From NCBI GenBank assembly GCA_963786955.1, contig CAWBAT010000009.1, positions 96,001 through 160,000 on the forward strand: a stretch of DNA of 64,000 nucleotides. The letters run 5' to 3'. The stretch's first letter is position 1, and every line of letters begins with the position of its first letter. This DNA comes from an uncultured Acidimicrobiia bacterium. GTDB lineage: Bacteria; Acidobacteriota; Terriglobia; Versatilivoradales; Versatilivoraceae. Position numbers and translations under genes: made by a program. Below the pieces are notes generated by a model. That model was not told where the DNA came from. It saw only the letters and a list, made by a program, of their open reading frames with translations, and made no database searches. Below are positions 11,747 to 21,627 of the stretch, in pieces.

Positions 11747-14176
11747 ATGTCAAAATCAATCGTTATTGTTGAATCACCGGCCAAAGCAAAGACTATTAAT
11801 AAATATTTGGGCCCGGACTATGTCGTCAAGGCTTCCATGGGACACGTCAAAGACCTGCCCAAAAAAGGCCTGGGCGTCGATGTCAAAAAAGACTTCGCGC
11901 CAACTTATGAAGTTATCCCCGGAAAAGAAAAGGTTCTTAAGGAACTTAAAGCTGCCGCGCGGGATGTGGAGGCTGTTTACATCGCAACCGATCCGGACCG
12001 GGAAGGCGAAGCGATCGGCTGGCATATCGCCGAAGAGTTAGCCTCCAAGAAACGCAAAGTCTATCGGGTCCTTTTCAATGAAATCACCCGCAAAGCCATC
12101 CAGGAATCCTTTAAGAATCCTGGAGTGATTGATTCCCACTTGGTGGATGCACAACAAGCCAGGCGGATTCTCGACCGCTTGGTCGGCTACAAGGTGAGCC
12201 CGCTACTTTGGGAAAAGGTCAGGCGTGGTCTTTCGGCAGGCCGCGTCCAGAGCGTGGCCTTGCGGCTGGTGGTGGACCGCGAGAATGAAATCCGGGCCTT
12301 CATTCCCAAGGAATACTGGTCCATTACGGCCCACCTCACCGGACACAATCCGCCTCCCTTCGAAGCGCGTTTGCACAAATTTGCGGGAAAGAATATTGAG
12401 ATTGGCAATGCCGCCCAATCCAAAGATATCGTCACAGAGCTTGAAAAAGCCCATTACATCGTCGAAAAGGTCGAGAAAAAGGAAAAGAAACGCTATCCCG
12501 TCCCCCCATTTATTACCAGTAAGCTGCAACAGGAGGCCTCCCGAAAACTCCGCTTCACTGTCAAGAAGACGATGATGGTGGCGCAACGCTTATACGAGGG
12601 GATTGAAATAGCTGGCGAGGGCAGTATTGGATTGATCACCTATATGCGAACGGATTCAACCCGAGTCTCCGATGACGCACTCTCGGAAGCACGCCAATAT
12701 ATTGGAACGACTTTTGGAAGCGAGTATCTCCCTGAGAAACCCATTTTTTACAAAAGCAAGAAATCTGCTCAGGACGCCCACGAAGCCATAAGACCCACCT
12801 CCACGGCCTATCATCCGGACGAGGTGAAACAGCATCTGTCTCCCGACGAATACAAGCTCTACAAACTGATTTGGCAACGATTTCTCGCTTCCCAAATGAA
12901 TCCCGCTCTTTTCGATCAGACTTCAGTGGATATCGGCGCCGGAAAATATCTATTCCGAGCGTCGGGTTCCCTGCTGAAGTTCGACGGCTTCCTCAAAGTC
13001 TATGATGAGAGCAAAGACGAAAAAGATGAAGAAGACGATGAACTCGAGCACAGATTGCCCCAATTGACGGAAGGCGAGAGCCTCGATCTGAATCAGCTTG
13101 TCCCGGAACAACATTTTACGCAACCTCCGCCGCGTTTCACCGAAGCCACACTCGTGAAGACCCTGGAAGAGAAAGGAATTGGCAGACCCTCCACCTACGC
13201 GACCATTCTGACCACCATTCAGGATCGCGAGTATGCAGTGAAAGAAGAAGGCAAATTCAGACCGACAGAATTGGGATTTGTCATCACCGAGTTGCTCGTG
13301 ACGAGTTTTGCCGACATTTTCGACGTTCAGTATACTGCCCGGATGGAAGAAGAACTGGACGAAATCGAAGAAGGCAAAATGGCCTGGACCGATGCGTTGC
13401 ATGAATTCTACGCGAAGTTTGCGGCCGATCTAAAAATCGCCCAGAAGCAGATGAAAGATATTAAAGCCATGGAAGAACCCACGGGCGAAGTGTGTGAAAA
13501 ATGTGGTAGCCCGATGGTGATCAAGTGGGGAAGGCATGGGAAATTCGTGGCTTGCTCCGGCTATCCAGAGTGCAAGAACACTCGCGAACTCGCTACGGAG
13601 GGGAACGCCACTTCCAGTCAGACGAACGAAGTTGAGGCCATCAATGAAGTTTGTGAGAACTGTGGACGCCCCATGACCCTAAAACGGGGCCGGTTCGGCC
13701 AGTTTTTGGCTTGCACGGGCTATCCCGAGTGCAAGACAACCAAGCGAATTGCCGGGAGCCAATCAGCAAAATCCAACCAACCGGATGTTCCCCTGACGGA
13801 AAAATGCCCGCAGTGTGGCAAGAACCTCGTAATGAAATACGGTCGATTTGGAGAATTTACAGCCTGTAGTGATTATCCAACCTGTAAATTCATCAAGAAG
13901 AAAACACTGGGTATTTCCTGCCCCCGCCCCGACTGCAAGGGCGAACTGGTGGAAAAACGTTCCCGCAAGGGAAAGACATTTTACGGCTGTGACCAATATC
14001 CAAATTGTGATTTCACAGCCTGGAACAAACCGATTTCCAAGCCCTGCCCTCAATGCGGAGCCCAATACCTCCTCGAGAAAACAACTAAGAAACAGGGCAC
14101 TATTCAGTATTGCAATAACGAACCCTGCGACTACAAAGAATCGATTGAACTGGTAGAAGAAACGACCCCTGTTTAA
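11747..14176 (+). CDS. topA: DNA topoisomerase I with five C-terminal Zn-ribbon repeats
   Basis: IVESPAKAKTI, ATDPDREGEAI, SAGRVQS, ITYMRTDS, GIGRPSTYA. Confidence 0.98.
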   Translation: MSKSIVIVESPAKAKTINKYLGPDYVVKASMGHVKDLPKKGLGVDVKKDFAPTYEVIPGKEKVLKELKAAARDVEAVYIATDPDREGEAIGWHIAEELASKKRKVYRVLFNEITRKAIQESFKNPGVIDSHLVDAQQARRILDRLVGYKVSPLLWEKVRRGLSAGRVQSVALRLVVDRENEIRAFIPKEYWSITAHLTGHNPPPFEARLHKFAGKNIEIGNAAQSKDIVTELEKAHYIVEKVEKKEKKRYPVPPFITSKLQQEASRKLRFTVKKTMMVAQRLYEGIEIAGEGSIGLITYMRTDSTRVSDDALSEARQYIGTTFGSEYLPEKPIFYKSKKSAQDAHEAIRPTSTAYHPDEVKQHLSPDEYKLYKLIWQRFLASQMNPALFDQTSVDIGAGKYLFRASGSLLKFDGFLKVYDESKDEKDEEDDELEHRLPQLTEGESLDLNQLVPEQHFTQPPPRFTEATLVKTLEEKGIGRPSTYATILTTIQDREYAVKEEGKFRPTELGFVITELLVTSFADIFDVQYTARMEEELDEIEEGKMAWTDALHEFYAKFAADLKIAQKQMKDIKAMEEPTGEVCEKCGSPMVIKWGRHGKFVACSGYPECKNTRELATEGNATSSQTNEVEAINEVCENCGRPMTLKRGRFGQFLACTGYPECKTTKRIAGSQSAKSNQPDVPLTEKCPQCGKNLVMKYGRFGEFTACSDYPTCKFIKKKTLGISCPRPDCKGELVEKRSRKGKTFYGCDQYPNCDFTAWNKPISKPCPQCGAQYLLEKTTKKQGTIQYCNNEPCDYKESIELVEETTPV

Positions 14177-14192
14177 AGAATACATCCCAAAA

Positions 14193-15027
14193 TGATCCCT
14201 AGCAAAATCGGACGCCAGGTGTGGACGCCTGTCACCTCGCATGAAAGTAGCAACAGGACTCTGGCCTGTTGTCCGGGGCCAGCGGCAACCGGCTACAACT
14301 TTTCAACACCCGCTGTAGCCGGCCTCGATGAGGCCGGTCATGGTCCGGGGCCATCGGCCCCGGCTAACACTTTTCAGCACCCGCTGTAGCCGGCCTCGTT
14401 GAGGCCGGTCCATGTCCGGGGCCAGCGGCCCCGGCTACAACTTTTCAGCACCCGCTGTAGCCGGCCTCGTTGAGGCCGGTCCATGTCCGGGGCCAGCGGC
14501 CTCAGGCTACAACTTTTCAGCACCCGCTGTAGCCGGCCTCGATGAGGCCGGTCCATGTCCGGGGCCAGCGGCCCCGGCTACAACAGCGCTACGTAATCTT
14601 GTACAAAAAATGAAAGTACAGAGAGCCCGTGCCATTAAGTCCTCTCCGATGACTTCCAATAAGTTGACATGGGGGCCATCTCATTGTTCATTATTTGAAG
14701 ATGAGATTAGGTTTCATTTTCCCTTCCAATTGATCCCTGGCAACATCGCACGACAGGCGTGGACGCCTGTTGTCCGCGACCAGCGGCCCCGGCTACAACT
14801 TTTCAGCACCCGCTGTAGCCGGCCTCGATGAGGCCGGTCCATGTCCGGGGCCAGCGGCCTCAGGCTACAACTTTTCAGCACCCGCTGTAGCCGGCCTCGT
14901 TGAGGCCGGTCCATGTCCGGGGCCAGCGGCCCCGGCTACAACAGCGCTACGTAATCTTGTACAAAAAGTAAAAATACAGAGAGCCTGCGCCACTAGGTCC
15001 TCTCCGATCACTTCCAACAAGTTGACT
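14193..15027. repeat. Duplicated composite tandem REP array (71-72 bp unit)
   Basis: Unit TGTAGCCGGCCTCGWTGAGGCCGGTCCATGTCCGGGGCCAGCGGCCCCGGCTACAACTTTTCAGCACCCGC starts at 14314, 14385, 14456, 14528, 14814 and 14886. Flanks are also duplicated. Confidence 0.93.
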
Positions 15028-15094
15028 AGATAGAAGATCATGAGCCGTATGGGTAGTTTTTTGATCCCTTGGAAATTGATGCTAAACTGAATCC

Positions 15095-16456
15095 GTGAAA
15101 CCTGAACCCATACTCGTCATTGGTGGTGGACTGGCTGGGTGCGAGGCCGCTTGGCAGATCGCCCAGCGCGGCTTCAAGGTGCAGCTCTATGAAATGCGCC
15201 CGATAACCCCCACACCGGCTCATAAGACCGACCAATTAGCCGAAATCGTCTGTAGCAATTCCTTTAAGTCTGACCAGGAAGGGAGCGCTCCCTGGCTCTT
15301 GAAGGAAGAGTTGAAAAAGCTGGATTCCTTACTGATACGCCTCGCCTACGAGCACCGTGTTCCAAGCGGTGCCTCGCTTTCTGTAGACCGGGAACGGTTC
15401 GCGGCTGCCGTGACGGAGTGCCTCGCCCAGTGCCACGGCATCGAAATCCGTCGCGAGGAGATAGGGGCGGTTCCGCAAGGACCCATTTCAATAATTGCCA
15501 CCGGTCCTCTTACCTCGGAACGGCTTTCCCAGTCGATCAGTGATTTTGCCGGCGAAAGCCATCTCTATTTTTATGATGCCATCAGCCCCATCGTGGACGC
15601 CGACAGCATTGATTATTCAAAAGTCTATCGGGCGTCTCGTTATGACAAAGGGGAGGCTGATTACCTGAATTGTCCCTTCAGCAAAGAAGAATACCTGGTG
15701 TTTTATGACGCCCTCATTCGGGCTGAATCCGTTCCGTTGCACGGCTGCGAAAGCGCCGCCTACTTTGAGGCTTGCCTCCCGATCGAAGAGATGGGGCGCC
15801 GAGGCGTGGATACCCTGCGCTTTGGCCCGATGAAGCCGGTGGGCCTACAGGATCCCCGAACCGGGAAGAGACCTTATGCTGTTCTCCAGTTGAGGCAAGA
15901 GAATTTGCGAGCGGACAGCTACAATCTGGTCGGATTTCAGAACCACTTGCGCTTTGGAGAACAAGAAAAAGTCTTTCGGTTGATCCCAGGACTTGAAAAT
16001 GCTCGATTTTCAAGACTGGGACAGATTCATCGAAACACCTTCATTAATGCGCCCAGACTCCTTGGCCCTACTTTGCAGTCCAAAAAGGATCCGCGAGTTT
16101 TTTTTGCCGGACAGATTTCAGGTGTGGAAGGTTATGTCGAATGCATTGCGACCGGACTGATCGCCGGTGTGAACGCCAGCCTGCTGGCTGCAGGCGAATC
16201 TCTTGGGGTGCCTCCCCGTTCGACAGCCATTGGTTCTCTCATCAATTACCTGGTTTCGGCCGACCCCCAAAACTTTCAACCGGAGAATATTAATTTTGGG
16301 ATTATGCCCCCTCCGGAACTGCCCTTACCCGCAAGAAAAATGGGTAAAATGGAAAAGCACCTCCTGCAAACGAAGAGGGCGTTAACAGATATCGACGATC
16401 TCGCTCAGGATTTGAAGAACACCTTTTCGATCAGGTGCATGGAACAGAATGGATAG
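15095..16456 (+). CDS. trmFO: Folate/FAD-dependent tRNA (uracil-5)-methyltransferase TrmFO
   Basis: GGGLAGCEAA, EIVCSNSF, IATGPLTS, FYDAISP, LRFGPMKPVGL, GQISGVEGY; follows topA. Confidence 0.96.
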   Translation: MKPEPILVIGGGLAGCEAAWQIAQRGFKVQLYEMRPITPTPAHKTDQLAEIVCSNSFKSDQEGSAPWLLKEELKKLDSLLIRLAYEHRVPSGASLSVDRERFAAAVTECLAQCHGIEIRREEIGAVPQGPISIIATGPLTSERLSQSISDFAGESHLYFYDAISPIVDADSIDYSKVYRASRYDKGEADYLNCPFSKEEYLVFYDALIRAESVPLHGCESAAYFEACLPIEEMGRRGVDTLRFGPMKPVGLQDPRTGKRPYAVLQLRQENLRADSYNLVGFQNHLRFGEQEKVFRLIPGLENARFSRLGQIHRNTFINAPRLLGPTLQSKKDPRVFFAGQISGVEGYVECIATGLIAGVNASLLAAGESLGVPPRSTAIGSLINYLVSADPQNFQPENINFGIMPPPELPLPARKMGKMEKHLLQTKRALTDIDDLAQDLKNTFSIRCMEQNG

Positions 16457-16613
16457 AAGCCCATATCGCAAGGGGGACGGCGTTCCCCCTTTATAGTGGG
16501 ATTATTGTAGGGGCAAGGCATTCGATGGAGTAAGCAGCGATGAGCCTCCGTCAAGATCACGAATACTGTGCCCTTCCGGCAGGAACTGACAAAAGGTTTT
16601 GAGAACTAGGATC

Positions 16614-17531
16614 ATGCCCTCATTCGTTGAATGGATTGTCCGATTTGAAGATTATTTACGCTTAAAGAACGCCTCGGGACATACCGTGCGGAACTACGTA
16701 AGCGATCTTACGCAGTTCCAGGAATACCTAACACCACCTGGACATGAGGGAGAATCTATCTCTTGCACGATCGAAAAGCTCGATCATCATCTCATCCTTG
16801 AATATCTGGTTCATTTACACTCGCAAGAAATTGAAAACTCATCAAAATCTCGTAAAATTTCTGCCATCCGTTCATTCTGCAAGTTTCTATGCAAGGAAGG
16901 CGCGCTCGAACAAAACCCTGCAAAGTTGATCCGGCTCCCGAAAGTATCTAAGAAGATTCCCGGCTATCTTTCCGTCGACGACTGTGTTCGATTGATTGAA
17001 TCTCCAGACTTAGGCACCCCGATGGGACTTCGAGACCGTTCAATTTTAGAACTACTCTATGCCTGTGGGATTCGTGTCAGCGAGTGCGCGGGAATGAATC
17101 TGGAAGACATCAATTTCAAAGAAGACCTTATCTTGGTGAGAGGGAAAGGCAAGAAGGAAAGGGTTGTGCCATTTGGCCGCCATTGTCATGCCGCACTGGA
17201 AGCGTATTTGCAGGCTCGGCGGAGCTTCTTCAGAAACCGAATCACAGAAGAAAAGTCTCCACTCTTCTTGAGCCATGTCGGAACGCGTTTGACAACCCGC
17301 TCCATCGCTCGCATGGTGGATAAATACGTACGGACATCCGGACTAGCTCAAAAGATCAGCCCGCATGGTATTCGCCATTCGTTCGCGACCCACTTACTGA
17401 ATTCAGGGGCCGACCTCCGTTCCATTCAAGAGTTGCTTGGTCACAAAAGCTTGTCCACAACTCAAAAATATACTCATCTTTCGATCGGCCATTTGATGGA
17501 GCAGTATGACAAAGCCCACCCAAAAGCGTAG
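16614..17531 (+). CDS. xerC: Tyrosine recombinase XerC
   Basis: RDRSILELLYACGIRVSE, GKGKKER, HGIRHSFATH, LLGH...TQKYTH, KAHPKA; topA-trmFO-xerC synteny. Confidence 0.9.
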   Translation: MPSFVEWIVRFEDYLRLKNASGHTVRNYVSDLTQFQEYLTPPGHEGESISCTIEKLDHHLILEYLVHLHSQEIENSSKSRKISAIRSFCKFLCKEGALEQNPAKLIRLPKVSKKIPGYLSVDDCVRLIESPDLGTPMGLRDRSILELLYACGIRVSECAGMNLEDINFKEDLILVRGKGKKERVVPFGRHCHAALEAYLQARRSFFRNRITEEKSPLFLSHVGTRLTTRSIARMVDKYVRTSGLAQKISPHGIRHSFATHLLNSGADLRSIQELLGHKSLSTTQKYTHLSIGHLMEQYDKAHPKA

Positions 17532-17612
17532 GGAGCTTTTTTCAACGATAATCATTCTATCTGTCTATGTAGTGATGTTTTCAATTCAACTTCGCCAAAA
17601 TTGTTGAACGAA

Positions 17613-17696
17613 CCCACCCCTACGCCCCTCCAATGGAGGGGAATTAAGACGAGTCCCCTCTTGGAAGGGGAAGAGGGGTTTAGCCCTCAGGGGTGG
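17613..17696. repeat. CCCCTC...GAGGGG palindromic intergenic repeat
   Basis: CCCCTCCAATGGAGGGG and CCCCTCTTGGAAGGGG hairpins; related sequences near 880, 28384-28490, 41560-41630 and 51733-51762. Confidence 0.6.
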
Positions 17697-17747
17697 ATAG
17701 GATTCATGATCGTATCAATGAATCCAAGTACTAAGTAATCTCTTTCC

Positions 17748-18897
17748 ATGTCTCTAACGCAAGAAATCAAGGCGAAAGCTCTCGACATAGGATTTTCCAA
17801 GGTAGGAATTAGCCCTGCGGAGCGGCTCGACGAACGGAACGGCCTCCAATCCTGGCTTGCCGCAGGACGAGCCGGTGAGATGGAATGGATGAACCGTTAC
17901 CCTGACAAACGGGTCGATCCCGCGAAAGTCCTTCCCAAAGTACAGTCGGTCATCGCTTTGGCTATGAATTACTACACCCCGCTTGTCTCATTCTGAAAAC
18001 GGCCAACATGGCAAAATCTCTCGCTACGCCTGGGGACGCGACTATCATCAGGTCATGAACGATCGTTTGAAACAGTTGTGGGAATGGATCAGAGACTGCA
18101 ACCCCTCAGCGGAAGGCCTCTTCTATTCGGATACCGGTCCGCTCATGGACAAGGCTTGGGCTCACAGGAGTGGACTTGGCTGGATCGGCAAACACTCCAA
18201 TGTGATCACGCGCGATCGCGGATCATGGGTTTTCTTAGGAGAGATTCTTATCAGTCTGAAACTCGACTATGATGTCGAAAGCCGAAATTATTGTGGCAGT
18301 TGCCGGCGATGCATCGACTGTTGCCCGACTAAAGCCATTGTTGCCCCTTATGTCGTAGACGCCCGTTTATGCATTTCGTATCTCACGATTGAACTCCGTG
18401 GCCCGATTCCCCGTGAGCTTCGATCGATGATTGGCTCTCGAATTTTTGGCTGTGATGACTGCCAGGACGTCTGCCCTTGGAATCGCTTTGCAACCGCCTC
18501 GACGGAGAAGGAGTTTTATCCGGACCCAAGGAATCATGTGCCTGTTTTACGCGATCTAATGGAGATGACTGAAACCGAATTTAAAGAACGTTTTCGCCAC
18601 AGTCCGGTAAGACGTGCCCGGTATGCTGGTTTCTTGCGCAACGTTGCCGTTGCGCTTGGAAACAGCCACGATTCCTCGGCTTGTGACGTATTAGAGAAAT
18701 CGTTAACACACGACGCGCCACTTGTTCGGTCCCATGCGGCCTGGGCCTTAGCAGAAATTGGCAATCCAGATTCACTGCCCGCATTGATTAGAGCCGCCTC
18801 GACCGAGCCCGAAACGTGGGTGCGTGATGAATTCCAGGAGGCCATCAACTCCTTCCAATCCAAGCCTTCTTTGACGTCGAACTTTTCGCCGACGTAG
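17748..18897 (+). pseudogene. queG: Epoxyqueuosine reductase QueG, split by a +1 frameshift near 17980 (may be an assembly error)
   Basis: The N-terminal ORF (GFSKVGI...GEMEWM...AMNYY) joins the ORF with ISRYAWGRDYH, CGSCRRCIDCCPT and FGCDDCQDVCPWN if one base is removed. Confidence 0.9.
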
Positions 18898-19000
18898 ATC
18901 GTATTTGTAACAAGCGGCCCTTTTTGCTAGAACGACAGACTACCCGCTTGGGGTCTCATTTCTTCCAATTCACATAAGGCTTGAAACACCCCGGTGCCTC

Positions 19001-20245
19001 ATGAAGAACCTATTCTACTTTTTCCTGGATGCCACAACGATCGCTTTGCAGGCGATTTTTTCCCACAAACTTCGCTCGTTCCTGACCCTCATTGGCATCA
19101 TCATTGGAGTCGCATCGGTCGTTTTAGTTGGGGCTTCCATCAGCGGCTTAAACACCTACGTTCTTACCAATGTTACCAAACAACTGGGTGCCAACACCTT
19201 TTACTTCACCTGGTTGGGGGCCATTGGAGAGCTCAGCGAAGAAGAATGGGAAAAGATGATGAGAAGGAACAAGCAAATTGAGTGGGATGAGCTTCGTTTC
19301 GTCAAGGAGAGTTGCCACTCCTGTGTGGATGTGGGCGGCGAACAAAGAGCCACAACAGACATCAAACATGAGGGTGAGGAAATGTTTGGGACAACCATCT
19401 ACGGGTATACTGCCGAAATGTCTGACATCGCGGATTTGACGATCACGGAAGGGCGCTTCTTTATCCCTTATGAAGTCGAGCACTCAATGGAGCTCTGTGT
19501 CATCGGTCAAGACATCAAGGAAAAGTTCTTTCCGAATGTAGACCCTATCGGCAAAACCCTGCGGATACTGAACACGGAAATGAATATCATTGGAGTCCAG
19601 GAAAAGTTGGGCTCGATGTTCGGTCAGTCGATGGACAACAGAATTTACATTCCAATTACTACCCATGAGCAGATATTTGGGAAGCAGAGAGGATTTGGAA
19701 TTCGCGGTAACGCTTCAGACCGTGACTCGTTTCAGCCCACCATTGATGAAGTGAGAGTGCTGCTACGAGCGCGGCGCGGCCTTAAGCCAAATCAGGAAGA
19801 TACATTTGCCACTCTGGACACTGGCCAGATCGACAAACAAATAGGGCAATTTACAGGAGCTATCGCCATGGTGGTTACCCCGGTCACGCTTATTTCACTG
19901 CTGGTTGGCGGGATCGTTGTAATGAACATTATGTTGGTGAGTGTTACTGAGAGAACCTTTGAGATTGGGCTAAGGAAAGCTGTGGGAGCTAGAAGAAACC
20001 AGATTTTAACACAGTTTCTCATCGAATCTTCGACTCTGGCCTCTGTAGGTGGCTTGTTGGGTTTGCTTCTCGCAGCCGGGCTTTCTTGGGTGGTGGAAAT
20101 TGCCACTCCGATTCCTATGACAATTACCATCCCGTATGTCCTGCTCTCGCTAACTGTCTCCGGAGGAATCGGAATGATCTTTGGGATTTATCCTGCGTAT
20201 AAAGCTTCAAGACTCGATCCCATCATTGCGTTGACGAAGAATTAG
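19001..20245 (+). CDS. MacB/FtsX-family ABC transporter permease
   Basis: KLRSFLTLIGIIIGV, VGGIVVMNIMLVSVTERTFEIGLRKAVGA, YPAYKASRLDPI. Confidence 0.93.
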   Translation: MKNLFYFFLDATTIALQAIFSHKLRSFLTLIGIIIGVASVVLVGASISGLNTYVLTNVTKQLGANTFYFTWLGAIGELSEEEWEKMMRRNKQIEWDELRFVKESCHSCVDVGGEQRATTDIKHEGEEMFGTTIYGYTAEMSDIADLTITEGRFFIPYEVEHSMELCVIGQDIKEKFFPNVDPIGKTLRILNTEMNIIGVQEKLGSMFGQSMDNRIYIPITTHEQIFGKQRGFGIRGNASDRDSFQPTIDEVRVLLRARRGLKPNQEDTFATLDTGQIDKQIGQFTGAIAMVVTPVTLISLLVGGIVVMNIMLVSVTERTFEIGLRKAVGARRNQILTQFLIESSTLASVGGLLGLLLAAGLSWVVEIATPIPMTITIPYVLLSLTVSGGIGMIFGIYPAYKASRLDPIIALTKN

Positions 20246-20249
20246 AGAT

Positions 20250-21512
20250 ATGCACTCAAACCGTTTTCAACAAGGGGTACCAATCGAGAACATCCGAATG
20301 GCGCTCAGCAACCTCTGGGCCAATAAATTCCGAAGCTTCCTGACGTTGCTTGGAATCATGATTGGCGTGATGACGGTAATTGTGGTCGCCTCCGTACTCA
20401 CGGGATTGCGGCAGAATATCGTCAACTTGATTGAAGAGTACGGTACGAATAATTTGTGGGCATTTCATTTAACGACCGGTATTCAAATTGGTCCTCGAGA
20501 CCGCAAGGAACTGACTCGAAAGCCTCTAAACTTAGCCGACGTCGTTGCGATCCAACAGAGTGCACCCGCTGTCAGAGAAGTAGGCTACAAACTCTTCTTA
20601 TGGCGGCTTGAACACACGATAACTTTCGGCGGAAATACTTACAGGCAAGCAAACCTCCAGGGGGTTTCACCCAATTGCGGAAAACTGGATAACGCTGTCA
20701 TTCGGGATGGCCGCTATATCAATGAAGTCGACGACTTGCACCGTCGAGATGTTATGGTGATCGGAATGAATGTAGTAGATGCATTGTTCTCTAACCGCAC
20801 GCAGATTGTGGGAAGTCAGGTAAACCTGGCGGGAAGAACCTATGAGGTTGTTGGCGTCCTAGAGAAAAGAAGAGCAAGTTTTTTCGGAGAAAATGAGGAA
20901 GATAATGCGGTCATTATTCCATACCGTACGGGCGCCAAGTTATCGAACCGCCTTGATGATTTTTTGATCGTTATGCAGGCATATCCTGGAAAGCTCCAAG
21001 AAGCTGTGGATCAGGTGGAAGCTGTGCTCCGCCGCCAGCGAAATGTGAAATATGATCAGCCAAACAATTTTGATATCAATACGCCCGAAAAAATCGTTCG
21101 CCATTTCGACAGTATTACGGCAGCTATTGGATTGATTGCGATTGCCATTTCCGGGGTCGGGCTTTTAGTCGGCGGAATTGGCGTCATGAATATCATGCTG
21201 GTTAGCGTGACGGAAAGAACGCGTGAGATTGGTATTCGCAAAGCCCTTGGAGCAAAGCGTAACGATATTGTGACTCAGTTCCTCTTTGAGGCCATGACCC
21301 TGACCGTTTGTGGTGGGATTGTGGGAATTCTTTTGTCATTACTCGCAAGCATCCTCCTGATGTTCCTCCTCCCGAATCTGCCCTCAACGATTCCCCTTTG
21401 GGCAGTGATCACCGGATTGACCGTCTCGGTCTTGATCGGTCTCGTGTTCGGAGTCTGGCCGGCACGAGTCGCTTCCCTTCTGGATCCTATCGAATGCTTG
21501 CGCTACGAGTAG
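20250..21512 (+). CDS. MacB/FtsX-family ABC transporter permease (paralogue)
   Basis: KFRSFLTLLG, VGGIGVMNIMLVSVTERTREIGIRKALGA, LDPIECLRYE. Confidence 0.93.
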   Translation: MHSNRFQQGVPIENIRMALSNLWANKFRSFLTLLGIMIGVMTVIVVASVLTGLRQNIVNLIEEYGTNNLWAFHLTTGIQIGPRDRKELTRKPLNLADVVAIQQSAPAVREVGYKLFLWRLEHTITFGGNTYRQANLQGVSPNCGKLDNAVIRDGRYINEVDDLHRRDVMVIGMNVVDALFSNRTQIVGSQVNLAGRTYEVVGVLEKRRASFFGENEEDNAVIIPYRTGAKLSNRLDDFLIVMQAYPGKLQEAVDQVEAVLRRQRNVKYDQPNNFDINTPEKIVRHFDSITAAIGLIAIAISGVGLLVGGIGVMNIMLVSVTERTREIGIRKALGAKRNDIVTQFLFEAMTLTVCGGIVGILLSLLASILLMFLLPNLPSTIPLWAVITGLTVSVLIGLVFGVWPARVASLLDPIECLRYE

Positions 21513-21627
21513 AATTAGCCTGAAAGCCGCAGAGTCACAGTACGACTCTGCGCCACTTCATCCTCTCCCGACAAATTACGACAGCGGTCTCGGTGAGATC
21601 GCCCTACCCATTCTCGGAAACCGCTTG

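Noticed and set aside
14270-14945. Possible CRISPR array
   Set aside because: The sequence between palindromes is itself repeated, so there are no unique spacers; the units are GTAG-type double hairpins and no cas genes are present.
14192-15033. Plus- and minus-strand ORFs of 60-139 aa from the ORF track
   Set aside because: They are translations of the REP array in shifting frames.
16614-17531. Integrase of a prophage or island
   Set aside because: Sequence and topA-trmFO context fit housekeeping XerC; no phage or att features are nearby.
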